From the NCBI GenBank assembly GCA_963705305.1, contig OY970067.1, positions 320,001 through 384,000 of the forward strand: a stretch of 64,000 bases of DNA. Direction: 5' to 3'. This DNA is from an uncultured Methylomirabilota bacterium (GTDB lineage Bacteria > Methylomirabilota > Methylomirabilia > Methylomirabilales > 2-02-FULL-66-22). The notes beneath the pieces were generated by a model that was not told the origin of the DNA, did not search any database, and saw nothing but the letters and a program-made list of their open reading frames with translations. This document shows positions 43,375-55,475 of the stretch, one piece after another (position 1 is the stretch's first letter; each line of letters begins with the position of its first letter). The translations under genes were made by a program, and so were the position numbers.

Positions 43375-43407
43375 CACGACCCTTCGGAGAGGCTCCAAAA
43401 TATCGGA
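43375..43407. promoter_or_regulatory. Tandem activator sites TCCRA-N4-TCGGA
   Basis: CACGACCCTTCGGA-N5-TCCAAAATATCGGA; same layout as 47850-47882. Confidence 0.6.
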
Positions 43408-43460
43408 CGGCCTGGCGCCCAGACCCGCTGGCGCACCCAGCCCGCGCCTTGCGCCTCCTG

Positions 43461-45467
43461 GTAGGGTCGAGGACTGGCGCGGCACCCCTTAGGCTCCCCT
43501 TGGCCGTGTCCGCCGTTTCCAGCTTCGTGCCCGTTTAGGTTGGCCGTGAGCCCGTCTCCAGTCCCCGCCGCATCAAACGGAGCGTGCGGATTTCCCGCAC
43601 TCCGCTTTCCTGCCCGTTTCACCCCAAGGGTTATGGGACCTATCGGATGGGGAGCGCTGTCAGCGGGGCGCCGCGCGGTACCGAATGCGATAATCGCCAT
43701 ACAGCCCGAGCGTCGCATAGAGCCACCGCCGACTCCACCTCGTCCACCCGAGGCCCGGACGATTCCGTGCCCGCATCAGGTGCCGCCGCACCTTCTGCTC
43801 CACCCAGTTCCGGACGTAGGAGAAGCACCGACTGGCGTGGCCCACGGCGAAATACTGGACCCAGCCGCGCAGCACGGGGTTGATCTCGGCGATCACCTTC
43901 CGTACGGGCTGAGACTGGAGGTGCCGAAAGATCTCCTTGAGCGTCCGCAGCAGCGCCGCGCGCTTCTTCAGCTGCGGCGTCCGCAGCGGCCACCAGACGC
44001 CCCGCTTGGAGCGGACGCGCCAGAGGGTGAAGCCCAGGAAGTCCACGGTCTCCCCCTTCACCAGGTCCACGACTCGACTCTTCTCTTCATTGACCTCGAC
44101 ATGGAGGAGCGCCAATTCCTCGCGGAGCCGTTTGGTGATCGCGTCGAGCAGCCAGGCATGGCGGGGATGGGCGTCCACCAGGACGACCAGATCATCGGCG
44201 AACCGCGCGTACTCCAGCGCCGTGTACTGGTGGAAACAGGTGACCGCCTTGGCGCGCTCCAGCATCCGGTCCACCTCGGTGAGGTAGAGGTTGCTGAGCA
44301 GCGGGGAGATCACCCCACCCTGAGGAACACCCATCTTCCCGGAAGCCTTCAGCATCTGCTTGAGCAGGGCCAGGATGTCCAGATCGTTGACGCGCCGGGC
44401 CACCTTCGCGAGCAGCACATCGTGCCGCACGCGATCGAAGTAGCTTCGGAGATCAAGATCGATGATCCTGGTCTTGCCTTGGCTGATCGCTTTGGCCACC
44501 CGGTCCACCGCTTGATGCGCCGACTTCAGCGGGCGGTACCCAAACGACCCGGGTTGGAAGTCAGCCTCGAAGATGGGCTCCAGGACGAGCTTGAGCGCGC
44601 CCTGGACCACGCGGCGCGGATGGCGGGGATCGAGAGGATTCGGACCTTGCGGCCGTTGTCCTTCGGGATCGCCTGCTTCCGGCACCGCAGGGGCCGAGTC
44701 CGTGCGCGAGACCAGTGCGTCCCGGAGCGACTGGAGGAACCCCTCGACGCCGCTCGCTTCGATGGCGGCAAAGGTCACCCGGTCAATGCCTGGGGCGCCA
44801 TTGTTCGCCTTCGCTGCTGCGTACGCTGCCCGGAGCGTCTCCAGCTTGCACACATGGACGTACAGGCCCCAGAACCGCCAGGACGGTTCGGCCTTCGCCT
44901 TGGCGTAAATCCTCCGCTGCAGGTCTTGCAGCCCGATAGACGCCATTGTCATTGCGTCTCTGCCTCCCGTGTAGGCGGAGGAACACGAACAGCAGGGTCC
45001 CTTCGCTCCGGCGGCATTACCCGCCTTCGTCGCTACTCCGGACCCATCCGCCACCGTCTCGTCGTCCGCCCCTTTCCCGAGGGACTCCCGGTTATAGGAC
45101 GTACCCAGCTTCCGCCGCTTTCGCGACGGGACGAGGACGGCTTCTCCAGTTGCTCGGCATGTCCTGTGTCACCGTGCTGTCCCTACCACCCCGCCGAAGT
45201 GGCATGCGGCGTCAGTCAGCTTGCCGCCTGTCATGCTGCCTTCGCCCCGGACCAAAGGGCTCGGCCTTCGGGGTCATTTTTTCGAGGCCACTGGTGGGTT
45301 CACTTGCGTTACGGCCCGGTGACTCGCTCACCATCCCGATGATGGCTTTGTCGGTTGGCTTCCTCCGCTTCGTTTCCTCCGCGGAGGCAACCCAAGCTAC
45401 GGGGGGTCTGACTGTTCCCCCGGTGGGACTGCCTCCCACTGAACATGCCAGCCTTCGCTGGACACGC
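43461..45467 (-). mobile_element. Group II intron (full-length RNA)
   Basis: 5' GCGTG (GUGYG variant); domain V AAGCGGAGTGCGGGAAATCCGCACGCTCCGTTT; extended domain VI ending CCCTAC; RT ORF inside. Confidence 0.88.
43660..44952 (-). pseudogene. ltrA: Group II intron reverse transcriptase/maturase with compensating frameshifts; no endonuclease domain
   Basis: GAPGID, SFGYRP, PQGGVISPLLSN, RFADD, FLGF, RGWVQYF; the IPK...RILSIPAIR segment (~44620-44700) is in another frame. Confidence 0.88.
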
Positions 45468-45656
45468 CGGCCCGCAAAAACTTCAGATGTTGCCCATGCC
45501 TTGAGTCGAATTCTACGCTTTGATCAGTACGGAACCATTTGATTGTAAAAGAATCTTCCAGCGTCGACCACTCTGAGATGCGACCCATTGCCAATTTTGG
45601 GTCCGTCCACCGGGACTAGTCGAAGACTTAGGATTGGGAATTTTGCTTAATTGGCA

Positions 45657-45688
45657 GTCCGCTCCCCCGGCTCCCTGAATGTGCAATG
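45657..45688 (-). repeat. att-like junction J5 (inverted)
   Basis: Minus strand CATTGCACATTCAGGGAGCCGGGGGAGCGGAC. Confidence 0.75.
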
Positions 45689-46268
45689 ATTGTCTGGGCC
45701 CCCAAGAGGGCCTCCGGCTCCACGCCGGGCGTTACCTTCCCATCCTCGCCCACCATGGTGTTTTCGATCATCACTCGGATTGTCCCCCGCCCTCGGCCCG
45801 TGTCTCCACTGCACAACTTCTCGGTCTGGCTGAGCTCCGCACGCATTCAAAATCCGTCCTCACGGTGCCCCAATACTCTCCGCTGCGGAGCACTAGGAAG
45901 GGGCACCGCCTCGAATGGGCGCGACGCCCACCGCCCGTCGGTCCGGTTCCCTGACCTCAGGGAGCCAACCTGCTGTTCTGTATTCTTGCCGGCATTCTCG
46001 CTCGCCTTCCCGAGGGGGTGGGAGGGATCGGGGGGCGCCGCTGCCGCGGGGGGACCGGAGCGACCCGCAGGGAATGGCGCTTGCAAATGGCAGCCGAGGT
46101 TTTGTACTATCTGGGGGCGCGAAGGGGACGTGCGACGGCCTCGTGCAGGAGGCATCCCCACCTCGTGGTTCCTGGAATCGCGGACGTCTAGGGCGGTCGG
46201 GACGGGCCGTGTCTTGGCCCGGGGGTGGGTACCGGGGGCCGGACATCGGTGACGGGAGAGACGCCGCC

Positions 46269-47834
46269 ATGACCCGGGCGGAAGAGGGCCTGCGGGCGGA
46301 GTTGGAGGAGCGGCTGCGGTTCGAGGCGCTTCTCGCCGACCTCTCGGCCCGCTTCGTCCACGTGCCGGCCGAGCAGGTGGACCGGCTGATTGAGGAGGCC
46401 CAGCGGCGCATCGTCGAGGCGCTGGGGGTGGACCGCAGCACCCTCCTGCAGCGGGCGGAGGCGGAGAACGACCTGGTCATCACACACGCCTGGGCCGTGC
46501 CGGACTTCGCGGCCCAGCCCGGGCTCTTTGCGATCCGGGATTTCCCCTGGGTGCATCAGACGCTGCTGCGGGGCGGGACCGTGCGCTTCGCGACGCTGGC
46601 GGAGCTCCCCCCCGAGGCCACGCGTGACCAGGTCTCCTTCCGCAAGATCCACCAGAAGTCCAACCTGATCTTTCCGCTGGCCGCGAGCGGGCGGGTGTTC
46701 GGGGCGCTCTCCTTCGGCACGCTCCGGACCGAGCGCGAGTGGCCGGACGTCCTGGTGCAGCGCCTGCAGCTCCTGGCGGACATCTTTGCCAATGCCCTGG
46801 CGCGCCAGCGGAGCGAGCAGGCGCTCCGGCGCGCCCTGGACGATGCCACGCGCCTGAAACAGCAGCTCGAGGCCGAGAACGCCTATCTGCGCGAGGCGGC
46901 CCAGGCGCAACCCAGCGAGATCGTGGGGAACTCGCCGGCGCTGCAGCAGGTGCTGTCCCAGGCGGACCACGTCGCCCCCACCGAGACCGCCGTGCTGCTG
47001 CTGGGGGAGACCGGCACCGGCAAGGGACTGCTCGGGCAGCTCATCCATCGCCGGAGCCGGCGAAAGGACCGTGCGATGGTCACGGTCAACTGCGCGGCCC
47101 TCCCCCCGACCTTGATCGAGGCCGAGCTGTTCGGGCGGGAGAAGGGCGCCTATACGGGGGCCCTGACCCGCCAGGCCGGGCGGTTCGAGCTGGCGCACGG
47201 CGGGACGCTCTTCCTGGACGAGATCGCCGAGCTCCCGCTGGAGCTGCAGGTCAAGCTGCTGCGGGTCCTGGAGAACGGGCAGCTGGAGCGGATCGGCAGC
47301 ACCCGGACCCTCACGGTGGATGTCCGGGTGATCGCCGCGACCAACCGGGACCTCGCCAAGCGGGTCGCGGACGGCACCTTCCGCGAGGACCTCTACTACC
47401 GCCTGAATGTCTTCCCGATCGCCGTGCCGCCGCTTCGGGAGCGCCAGGAAGACATCCCACTGCTCGTCTGGACCTTCGCCAAGCAATTCGGCCAGGCGCT
47501 CGGCAAGCCCGTGGAGCGGATCCCCCAGGAGACGATGGCGGCGCTCCAGGGCTACCCCTGGCCCGGCAACATCCGGGAACTGCGGAACGTGATCGAGCGC
47601 GCAGTCATCCTCAGCGAGGGTTCGACTCTCCGGGTGCCGCTAGGGGCGACCGCCGGCCCGAGTGTGGCCGCGCCACCGACCCTCGCCGACGCCGAGCGCA
47701 CGCAGATCGTGGCCGCGCTGGAGCAGACCGGCTGGCACATCCGCGGCCCGGCCGGAGCCGCCAAGCTGCTCGGCCTCAAGCCCACCACCCTCGAGTCCCG
47801 CATCAAGAAGCTCGGCCTCGAACGCCCCCGCTGA
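46269..47834 (+). CDS. Sigma54-dependent activator (GAF, AAA+, HTH; FhlA-like)
   Basis: [50 protein letters not shown]. Confidence 0.92.
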   Translation: MTRAEEGLRAELEERLRFEALLADLSARFVHVPAEQVDRLIEEAQRRIVEALGVDRSTLLQRAEAENDLVITHAWAVPDFAAQPGLFAIRDFPWVHQTLLRGGTVRFATLAELPPEATRDQVSFRKIHQKSNLIFPLAASGRVFGALSFGTLRTEREWPDVLVQRLQLLADIFANALARQRSEQALRRALDDATRLKQQLEAENAYLREAAQAQPSEIVGNSPALQQVLSQADHVAPTETAVLLLGETGTGKGLLGQLIHRRSRRKDRAMVTVNCAALPPTLIEAELFGREKGAYTGALTRQAGRFELAHGGTLFLDEIAELPLELQVKLLRVLENGQLERIGSTRTLTVDVRVIAATNRDLAKRVADGTFREDLYYRLNVFPIAVPPLRERQEDIPLLVWTFAKQFGQALGKPVERIPQETMAALQGYPWPGNIRELRNVIERAVILSEGSTLRVPLGATAGPSVAAPPTLADAERTQIVAALEQTGWHIRGPAGAAKLLGLKPTTLESRIKKLGLERPR

Positions 47835-47849
47835 GCGGCTGGCCCCGCC

Positions 47850-47882
47850 TCCAATGGTTCGGAGCCGCTCCGACATATCGGA
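47850..47882. promoter_or_regulatory. Tandem activator sites
   Basis: TCCAATGGTTCGGA-N5-TCCGACATATCGGA directly after the activator gene. Confidence 0.7.
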
Positions 47883-47983
47883 CGGTTCTCGCCGGTGCCT
47901 CCCCCGAGGTTCCACCGTCGCTTCCCATTCAACCCCGCGGTTCGATAGGGCGAAATCCGCCTCGCGCCACCTGCCGGGCCGGG

Positions 47984-47999
47984 TGGATCTGTTGTTGCA
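47984..47999 (+). promoter_or_regulatory. Sigma54 promoter
   Basis: TGGATCTGTTGTTGCA (GG-N10-GC). Confidence 0.75.
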
Positions 48000-48067
48000 T
48001 GCTGCTACACGCAGGACGGGCAATTCCGTCCGAGTCGCAATCCGCGCGAACGGGGGCGAGAGTGACC

Positions 48068-48388
48068 ATGATTATTTCCACGCTGCGGATTCTCACAACG
48101 CCCCAGTCCCGGACCGAGGTCGTTAGGATCCTCGCCGCGCAACTGGGTCCGACGCGGGGGCAACCGGCCTGCCTTCGGTGCGATCTCTACCAAGATGTGG
48201 AGAATCGCGCCGCCATCACCCTGGTAGAGGAGTGGGAATCCGAGGCTGCTCTGCGCCTCCGCTTAGGCTCCGAGGGTTCCCGTGCCATCCTGGGAGCGAT
48301 CGAGCTGTCGCCAGAGCACCCCGTGCTGTACGTCGACACGGTCCTCAGCCGCGCGGGCCTAGAGGTCATCGAGTCGGCCCGAGGGTAG
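48068..48388 (+). CDS. ABM (antibiotic biosynthesis monooxygenase)-like domain protein
   Basis: TRGQPACLRCDLYQD...LVEEWESE pattern; 106 aa. Confidence 0.78.
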   Translation: MIISTLRILTTPQSRTEVVRILAAQLGPTRGQPACLRCDLYQDVENRAAITLVEEWESEAALRLRLGSEGSRAILGAIELSPEHPVLYVDTVLSRAGLEVIESARG

Positions 48389-48537
48389 CGGCGCGGTGAG
48401 GACCCCGCCAACGTGGTGCGGACCGAGCGCACACCGCGCTCCAGGCCGACCACCCGGAAGACAGGGATGGCCCGGAGGGCGAGGAGCGTGGCACACGGGG
48501 CGCCTGAACGAACCAACATTGCAAGGAAGGAGGACAC

Positions 48538-48852
48538 ATGAAGACAGCGAGACCGATCGTGCAGTCGATGTTGATGCTGTTGGTGATGGTGGTAATCGCC
48601 GGTTGTGCGGCGACCCGAACGACCGAAAGCACGGGGCAGTACGTGGATGATTCCACCATCACGGCGAAGGTGAAGGCCGCGATTCTTGAGGATCCGGCCC
48701 TGAAGGTGTTTGACATCAGCGTGGAGACGTTCAAGGGGACCGTCCAGTTGAGCGGCTTCGTGAATTCGGCGGAGGTCCGGAGCCGGGCGGCCGTCGTGGC
48801 CGGCGGTGTCAGCGGCGTGCGGTCCGTCAAGAACGATCTGCTCGTCAAGTAG
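48538..48852 (+). CDS. BON domain lipoprotein (OsmY-like)
   Basis: IAGC lipobox, VDDSTITAKVKA, VQLSGFV, VKNDL. Confidence 0.93.
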   Translation: MKTARPIVQSMLMLLVMVVIAGCAATRTTESTGQYVDDSTITAKVKAAILEDPALKVFDISVETFKGTVQLSGFVNSAEVRSRAAVVAGGVSGVRSVKNDLLVK

Positions 48853-49017
48853 GGGGCTCCCCCGGAGCGTGCACCTCCAGGCCCCCCGGCCCGTTCACGG
48901 AGAGCCGACCGCTCGCCGCGGCGCGAGCGCGGCGGAGCCGGGAGACGGGAACCCTGGCGGTGGGGGCTTCACACACGGTCGCACGGTGGCAGCCGGGCGA
49001 TCGCAGGAGGAACGGCG

Positions 49018-49560
49018 ATGTGGAAATGGCTAGGGCTCATGATGGTGGCCATGGTGGCGGCGATGCCCCTGGGCTGCTCCCAGCCCTCAGGATCGCACGT
49101 GGTGATCGAGGACAAGACCTACACGGTGACACCGGCCTCGGTGACGGTGAAGGCGGGGATCGTCACGGGCGAGATCACGGAGATGAAGGTCACGGAGCGG
49201 GTCGAGAAGGGCTCCGGCACCGTCGTCGCTCCGGCGAAGCTCACGGGGACGCTCAAGCTAACGAATAGCTCCAAGGATCAGACCGTCCGCCTTATTACCG
49301 GGAAGATCCAGTACATCGACGCGCAGGGGCAGCCCATCAAGGTCAGTGCGGCACAGACCGAACCGACCATCACGCTCGCCACGTACGGCGCCGAGACGCT
49401 CGATCCCGGGAAGGAGGCGACCCAGTCCCTCGAGGTGGACTTCCCCGCCGAGGCCCTGAAGGCGAAGACGCTGAAGGAGATCCGCCTCGAACTCGCGTAC
49501 ATCCCGGCCCCGTACAAGGTGGAGAGCGTTAATTTCACCGTGGCGATTGGCGGCCAGTAA
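49018..49560 (+). CDS. Hypothetical lipoprotein
   Basis: AGGAGG RBS, signal peptide with PLGC lipobox, host-like codon usage. Confidence 0.78.
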   Translation: MWKWLGLMMVAMVAAMPLGCSQPSGSHVVIEDKTYTVTPASVTVKAGIVTGEITEMKVTERVEKGSGTVVAPAKLTGTLKLTNSSKDQTVRLITGKIQYIDAQGQPIKVSAAQTEPTITLATYGAETLDPGKEATQSLEVDFPAEALKAKTLKEIRLELAYIPAPYKVESVNFTVAIGGQ

Positions 49561-49756
49561 GCCTCGAAGGCTCTGCTTCCGGGCTGGACCGCCCCGCTCC
49601 TGAACGGACTTGGCCCGGCCGCGGCTTTCCGGCCAGATGGAGTAGTGTTCGATCCCCCTCACCACGACGCGGGGGGGGTACGCTGATGGCGCGAACCGAC
49701 AGCAGGCGATTTGGCCCATCACAAGTCAGGGGATCGTCTGAGAAAGGGGGCCTCCC

Positions 49757-50332
49757 ATGCCGGACGAGAGCAAGAGCCTGGCGAAATCGGTAAAGGACAG
49801 TATCGTCTCCGCAGTGAAGGGCGTCGGTGAGATCACGGACGCCGTCGTCGACACGGTGAGCGGCAGCCTGGTCAACGCGGTCACGCGCACCGGAGAGATG
49901 GGCGCGGCGCTCACCGGGGCGATCTCGGCGGTGGTGCGCGGAGTGGTCCAGGGCGTGACCGAGATCGGCGCCGACATCGGCAGCGCGGCCAAGGGGGCAG
50001 TGATCGGCGTGCTGCGCGGCACCAAGGAGGTCGGCGGCGAGGCGCTCGACGCCGTGAGCGCAACCGCCGCCGCCCTGGTCAAGAGCACGGCCGAGGTCGG
50101 CGGCGACCTGGGCTCGGCGGCGAAGGGCGCCGTCGAGGGTGCGATCGCCGGCGCGAAAGCCGTCGGCTTGAGCGCGGAGGAGGCCGCCGCGGCCGCCGCG
50201 ACGGGGGCGCTCAAGGCTGCGGGCGAGATCGGCTCGGCGGCTGCGGCGCAGGTGCGCAACGCCGTGACGGGCACGATCGCCGGCGTGAAGGTGGTGCTGA
50301 AGGAGCCGTTCCAGAGCCACAAGGACAAGTAG
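49757..50332 (+). CDS. Ala/Gly/Val-rich repeat protein of unknown function
   Basis: Repeated E[IV]G[AG]DxGSAAKGAVxG helical units; RBS-like GAAAGGGGG. Confidence 0.78.
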   Translation: MPDESKSLAKSVKDSIVSAVKGVGEITDAVVDTVSGSLVNAVTRTGEMGAALTGAISAVVRGVVQGVTEIGADIGSAAKGAVIGVLRGTKEVGGEALDAVSATAAALVKSTAEVGGDLGSAAKGAVEGAIAGAKAVGLSAEEAAAAAATGALKAAGEIGSAAAAQVRNAVTGTIAGVKVVLKEPFQSHKDK

Positions 50333-50572
50333 CGGTCGGGCCCGGTCGGTTGATCTAGGGAGCCGCCGGCGTACGGGGGGCGGCTGGGGGCCGTCTACGG
50401 CGGTCCCCACCCATCCTCGGCACAGCCGGCCCGGGCTGGGCACTTCCCATCGGTGGGCGTCGCGGGGCCCGGACCGGAGGGGCGGCCCCTCCCGCGAGAC
50501 GGCGCGAGGGGCCGGGGGAAGACCGGCGCAGTCGGTGAAGGAGGAAGGGCCAGGACGCTGGAACTGTTTGCG

Positions 50573-50812
50573 ATGTGGGTGCTCGTCGGGCTGCTGGCCG
50601 GCTGGCTGGCCGGGTTCGTCATGAAGGGCGGCGGCTACGGGCTGATCGGCGACATCGTCCTCGGGCTCGTCGGCAGCCTCCTGGGAAGCTGGATCTTCCG
50701 GGCCCTGGGGGTTTCTCCCGGCGCGGGGCTCTTCATGGCGGTCGTCGTCGCGTTCATCGGGGCGGTCCTCGTGATCGGCGCCCAGCGTGAGTTCTGGTCC
50801 GTGCCCGCCTAG
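50573..50812 (+). CDS. GlsB/YeaQ/YmgE family stress membrane protein
   Basis: GLLAGWLAG...GLIGDIVLGLVGSLLG...AFIGAV; true start may be a few codons upstream. Confidence 0.88.
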   Translation: MWVLVGLLAGWLAGFVMKGGGYGLIGDIVLGLVGSLLGSWIFRALGVSPGAGLFMAVVVAFIGAVLVIGAQREFWSVPA

Positions 50813-51094
50813 CGGCACGCACCGCACACCTCGGCGGGTCGGTTCACCGCGGAAAGCGGCGCGGCCATCGGCCTAGTGCTGCAGTGTGAGTGATGAGAGA
50901 ACGTGGGAAGACCTGTCAATGAATAGCAGGAGCGCTCGTGTGTGCATTGCCTCGAGGCCGTCCGGAGCCTCACGGCGTCTCCGCTCAGGCGGTGCTCGCA
51001 CCGTGGGAACCTCGAGGCGCCGACCCCATCGCAGTGCTCGGCTGCACGGGTGCGCCGATCATTCCGCATCCGTTGTCGAAAGGAGCGAAGCACA

Positions 51095-51385
51095 ATGAAG
51101 AAGATGAAGCCATTGCACGACCGGATCCTGGTCAAGCGTCTGGAGGAGAAAGAGACGAAGAAGGGCGGGATCATCATCCCGGATACCGCCAAGGAGAAGC
51201 CCCAGGAGGCCGAAGTCATCGCCGTGGGTCCCGGCAAGGTCACCGACGATGGAAAGCTCCAGCCCATGGCGGTGAAGGTGGGCGACAAGATCCTCTTCGG
51301 CAAGTACTCGGGGAGCGAAGTGAAGCTGAACGATGAGGAATACCTGATCATGCGGGAGGAGGATGTCCTCGGCATCCTGCAGTAA
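51095..51385 (+). CDS. groES: Co-chaperonin GroES
   Basis: [32 protein letters not shown]. Confidence 0.97.
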   Translation: MKKMKPLHDRILVKRLEEKETKKGGIIIPDTAKEKPQEAEVIAVGPGKVTDDGKLQPMAVKVGDKILFGKYSGSEVKLNDEEYLIMREEDVLGILQ

Positions 51386-53095
<1,710 letters not shown>

Positions 53096-53131
53096 ACGGT
53101 CGCAGGAGGCTTTCCCCCTTGTGTGGGGCAT

Positions 53132-53163
53132 GGCATCCCCGGCGGCTACCCGCCGGGGATGCC
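53132..53163. terminator. Strong hairpin downstream of groEL
   Basis: 14-bp perfect stem GGCATCCCCGGCGG/CCGCCGGGGATGCC; no clear U-tract. Confidence 0.55.
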
Positions 53164-53262
53164 CGCCGGAGACGCGTATGCTCCGAACGTCTCCCATGGG
53201 GTAATAGCGGAGAGCGGCACGACGAATCACCTCCTGCGAGGATGCGAGCCTGGATTCTTCGC

Positions 53263-53374
53263 CCGCGCCGTGGAAAGGCGCTCTGTTCTTGCCGGTGCAA
53301 GTCCGGCCTGGGGCATTGTCGGTGCGCCCCAGTAGCTACCGAGGCGGCAAGGAGGGTAACCAAGTCGCCGAAGC
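53263..53374 (+). ncRNA. 5' remnant (domain I) of a second group II intron
   Basis: Same order of elements as the 5' end of the intron at 45467: TGTTC, hairpin, GGGG/CCCC stem, GTAGC, GGAGG..AAC, GAAGC. Confidence 0.65.
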
Positions 53375-53381
53375 AGCACGG

Positions 53382-53430
53382 CGGCGTTGCAGTTCCTCTG
53401 GAAGCCGCAGGCATCCTGTGGCAGCGATGA
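53382..53430 (+). repeat. 49-bp intergenic motif, copy 1
   Basis: 39/49 ungapped identity to 54604-54652. Confidence 0.7.
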
Positions 53431-53528
53431 GCGGTGTGTGACTGGAGGATTGCGAATTGACAAGCAGGTGCAGAGATAACACGTCGCGGTCAGCGCATTC
53501 AGGTGCCTAATTCATGGAGGGAATCGAC

Positions 53529-54452
53529 ATGCGAAAAAGCAGCTCGTTTGCCGCATTGATCTTCATCGTAATTCTTGGCATTGGCGGTGGAGTAGCCTTT
53601 GCCCTGTATCGAGTCACGGCGAACCTGGCAAGCGCTTGGATTGGCACCCTAGCGTTTGTGGTCGCCCTCGTTGTGTCGCTCGCCATTAAGGTGGCGGATC
53701 AGTGGGAGCGGGCGGTGATCTTGCGGTTAGGCAAGTTCCGCGCCCTCAAGGGCCCGGGACTGTTTTTCATTCTCCCGGTCCTCGACGCGATCCCGTACTG
53801 GATTGACACCCGCGTGATCACCGCGTCGTTCAAGGCGGAAAAGACCCTGACCAAAGATACGGTGCCGGTGGATGTCGATGCCGTGCTCTTCTGGAAAGTG
53901 GTAGACCCCCAGAAGGCGGCCCTGGATGTCGCCGACTATCAAAGCGCCATCAATTGGGCCTCCCAAACGGCGCTGCGGGATGTCATCGGCAAGACCATGC
54001 TGTCGGACATGCTGGAAGGCAGGGAAAAGATTAGTCAGGAGCTGCAGAAGATCATCGATGTGCGCACCGAGCCCTGGGGCATTAATGTGATTTCGGTGGA
54101 AGTCAAGGATGTTCTGATTCCCTCGGCCCTGGAGGATGCGATGTCGATGCAGGCCCAGGCGGAACGAGAACGGCAGGCCCGGGTGATCCTGGGAGATTCG
54201 GAGCGCCAGGTGGCGGAGAAGTTTGGAGAAGCGGCCAAGACCTACGCCAACAATCCGATCGCGCTGCATTTGCGGGCGATGAACATGCTGTATGAGGGGT
54301 TGAAGGAGAACGCCACGATCGTCATTGTACCCAGCACGGCCGTGGAAACCATGCAACTCGGGAGTATTGCCGGGGTGACTGCGCTGACCATGGGATTGGG
54401 CCAGGAGCGCGTAAACAAAGAGAAGGAAAGCGAACTCAGAAAACAAGAATGA
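53529..54452 (+). CDS. SPFH/band-7 (slipin/stomatin-like) protein
   Basis: QWERAVILRLG, LTKDTVPVDVDAV, QTALRDVIG, QAQAERERQA. Confidence 0.94.
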   Translation: MRKSSSFAALIFIVILGIGGGVAFALYRVTANLASAWIGTLAFVVALVVSLAIKVADQWERAVILRLGKFRALKGPGLFFILPVLDAIPYWIDTRVITASFKAEKTLTKDTVPVDVDAVLFWKVVDPQKAALDVADYQSAINWASQTALRDVIGKTMLSDMLEGREKISQELQKIIDVRTEPWGINVISVEVKDVLIPSALEDAMSMQAQAERERQARVILGDSERQVAEKFGEAAKTYANNPIALHLRAMNMLYEGLKENATIVIVPSTAVETMQLGSIAGVTALTMGLGQERVNKEKESELRKQE

Positions 54453-54603
54453 CGGCAATGTACGATGAGTGGTGTCGAGACTCGTAATCACATTGCCGCG
54501 TCCGACAACCAGCGGGGGCGGCCAACGGTTACGTCTATTGCCCGTTGGCGGCGGCACCACGCCCGACGACAGAGTAAACGGCGCGAGTGATACCGCGCTG
54601 CGA

Positions 54604-54652
54604 CGGCATTGCGGTTCCTCTCGAAGCTGATCCCATTCTCTGGCAGCGATGA
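54604..54652 (+). repeat. 49-bp intergenic motif, copy 2
   Basis: 39/49 ungapped identity to 53382-53430. Confidence 0.7.
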
Positions 54653-54691
54653 TTCACCCTCGAATGGGAGTAGGAAAAAGGAAGACGACCT

Positions 54692-55170
54692 ATGCAAAAG
54701 CCAAAAAGACCGAAAAGAATGCGACAGCCAACAGGGCGGACACGGTCCGTGTCAGGCGAGGCCGCAGAAAAGGCGGACGCGACCACAGACCTCACTACGT
54801 CCGAACGCCCGCTGCATGATTATGGGGCAGAGGTATCGGAGCGGACTGATGTGCGAGTTGGTGTGCCATTGCCTCTGGGAACCTATGCACGCGGCGAAGG
54901 CGTGAACTGTGCCTTATTTAGCCGGCACGCCAGCCGCGTTCGGCTGGAGTTGTTTGATCATCCCGAAGATGCGGCGGCCGGCAGGGTGACTGATCTGGAT
55001 CCCGCGCGCAACCGCACGGGTGACGTGTGGCACGTCTGGATTGAGGGGATTCGACCCGGTCAACTCCGTGCCTATTGCGTGGACGGCCACGCCAACAGCA
55101 GGCAGTAGATCAGAGGGAGGCGAGACCGGCTCAAAGGGGATTGCGACTTCAACTAACCGCTGCTCGAACC
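54692..55170 (+). pseudogene. glgX: Glycogen debranching enzyme N-terminal fragment
   Basis: PLPLG...GVNCALFSRHA...NRTGDVWHVWIEGIRPGQ; stops follow and similarity ends at the element starting 55170. Confidence 0.85.
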
Positions 55171-55403
55171 TGAATTACTACTGACTTCAAGCCGCTAGGC
55201 TCGGAATGCACCTCTGGCTGAGTGGTGTACAACGGTACCACGTATCAACGTCGTCCCTCGGTCAACTGGAAGTCGACCTGGGTTGGGTCGGGGACACACC
55301 GGGACTCAGGGGCGCCATTACCTGAGTGCGAGGGCTGAAGACTGCGTGAGCATGGGGCCCTCTATCGCCCAATGTGACTCGCCTAAAGGTGAGGGGTTTC
55401 CAC
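55170..55403 (-). mobile_element. Non-autonomous IS200/IS605-type element, copy 2 (degenerate)
   Basis: Shares GGTCRACTGGAAGTCGAC, CTCAGGGGCRCCA, CTATCGCCCA and GCCTRAAGG...TTTCCAC with the reverse complement of 38825-38971. Confidence 0.7.
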
Positions 55404-55475
55404 TGAGGCCGGGCGGCTGCGACGTACGGGGATACGGAGGTCGAATTCGCCTTCGGGCCGTCTGGTCCGGGGTGG

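Noticed and set aside
43660..44952. RT as a retron, DGR or CRISPR-associated RT
   Set aside because: Domains V/VI and the maturase region identify a group II intron; no template/variable repeat pair, msr-msd or cas genes
46228..46245. GGTACCGGGGGCCGGAC, possible extra junction
   Set aside because: Needs a gap, has no matching arms, and could arise by chance in GC-rich DNA
50872..50897. Possible CIRCE upstream of groES
   Set aside because: Poor arm match and wrong spacing compared with TTAGCACTC-N9-GAGTGCTAA
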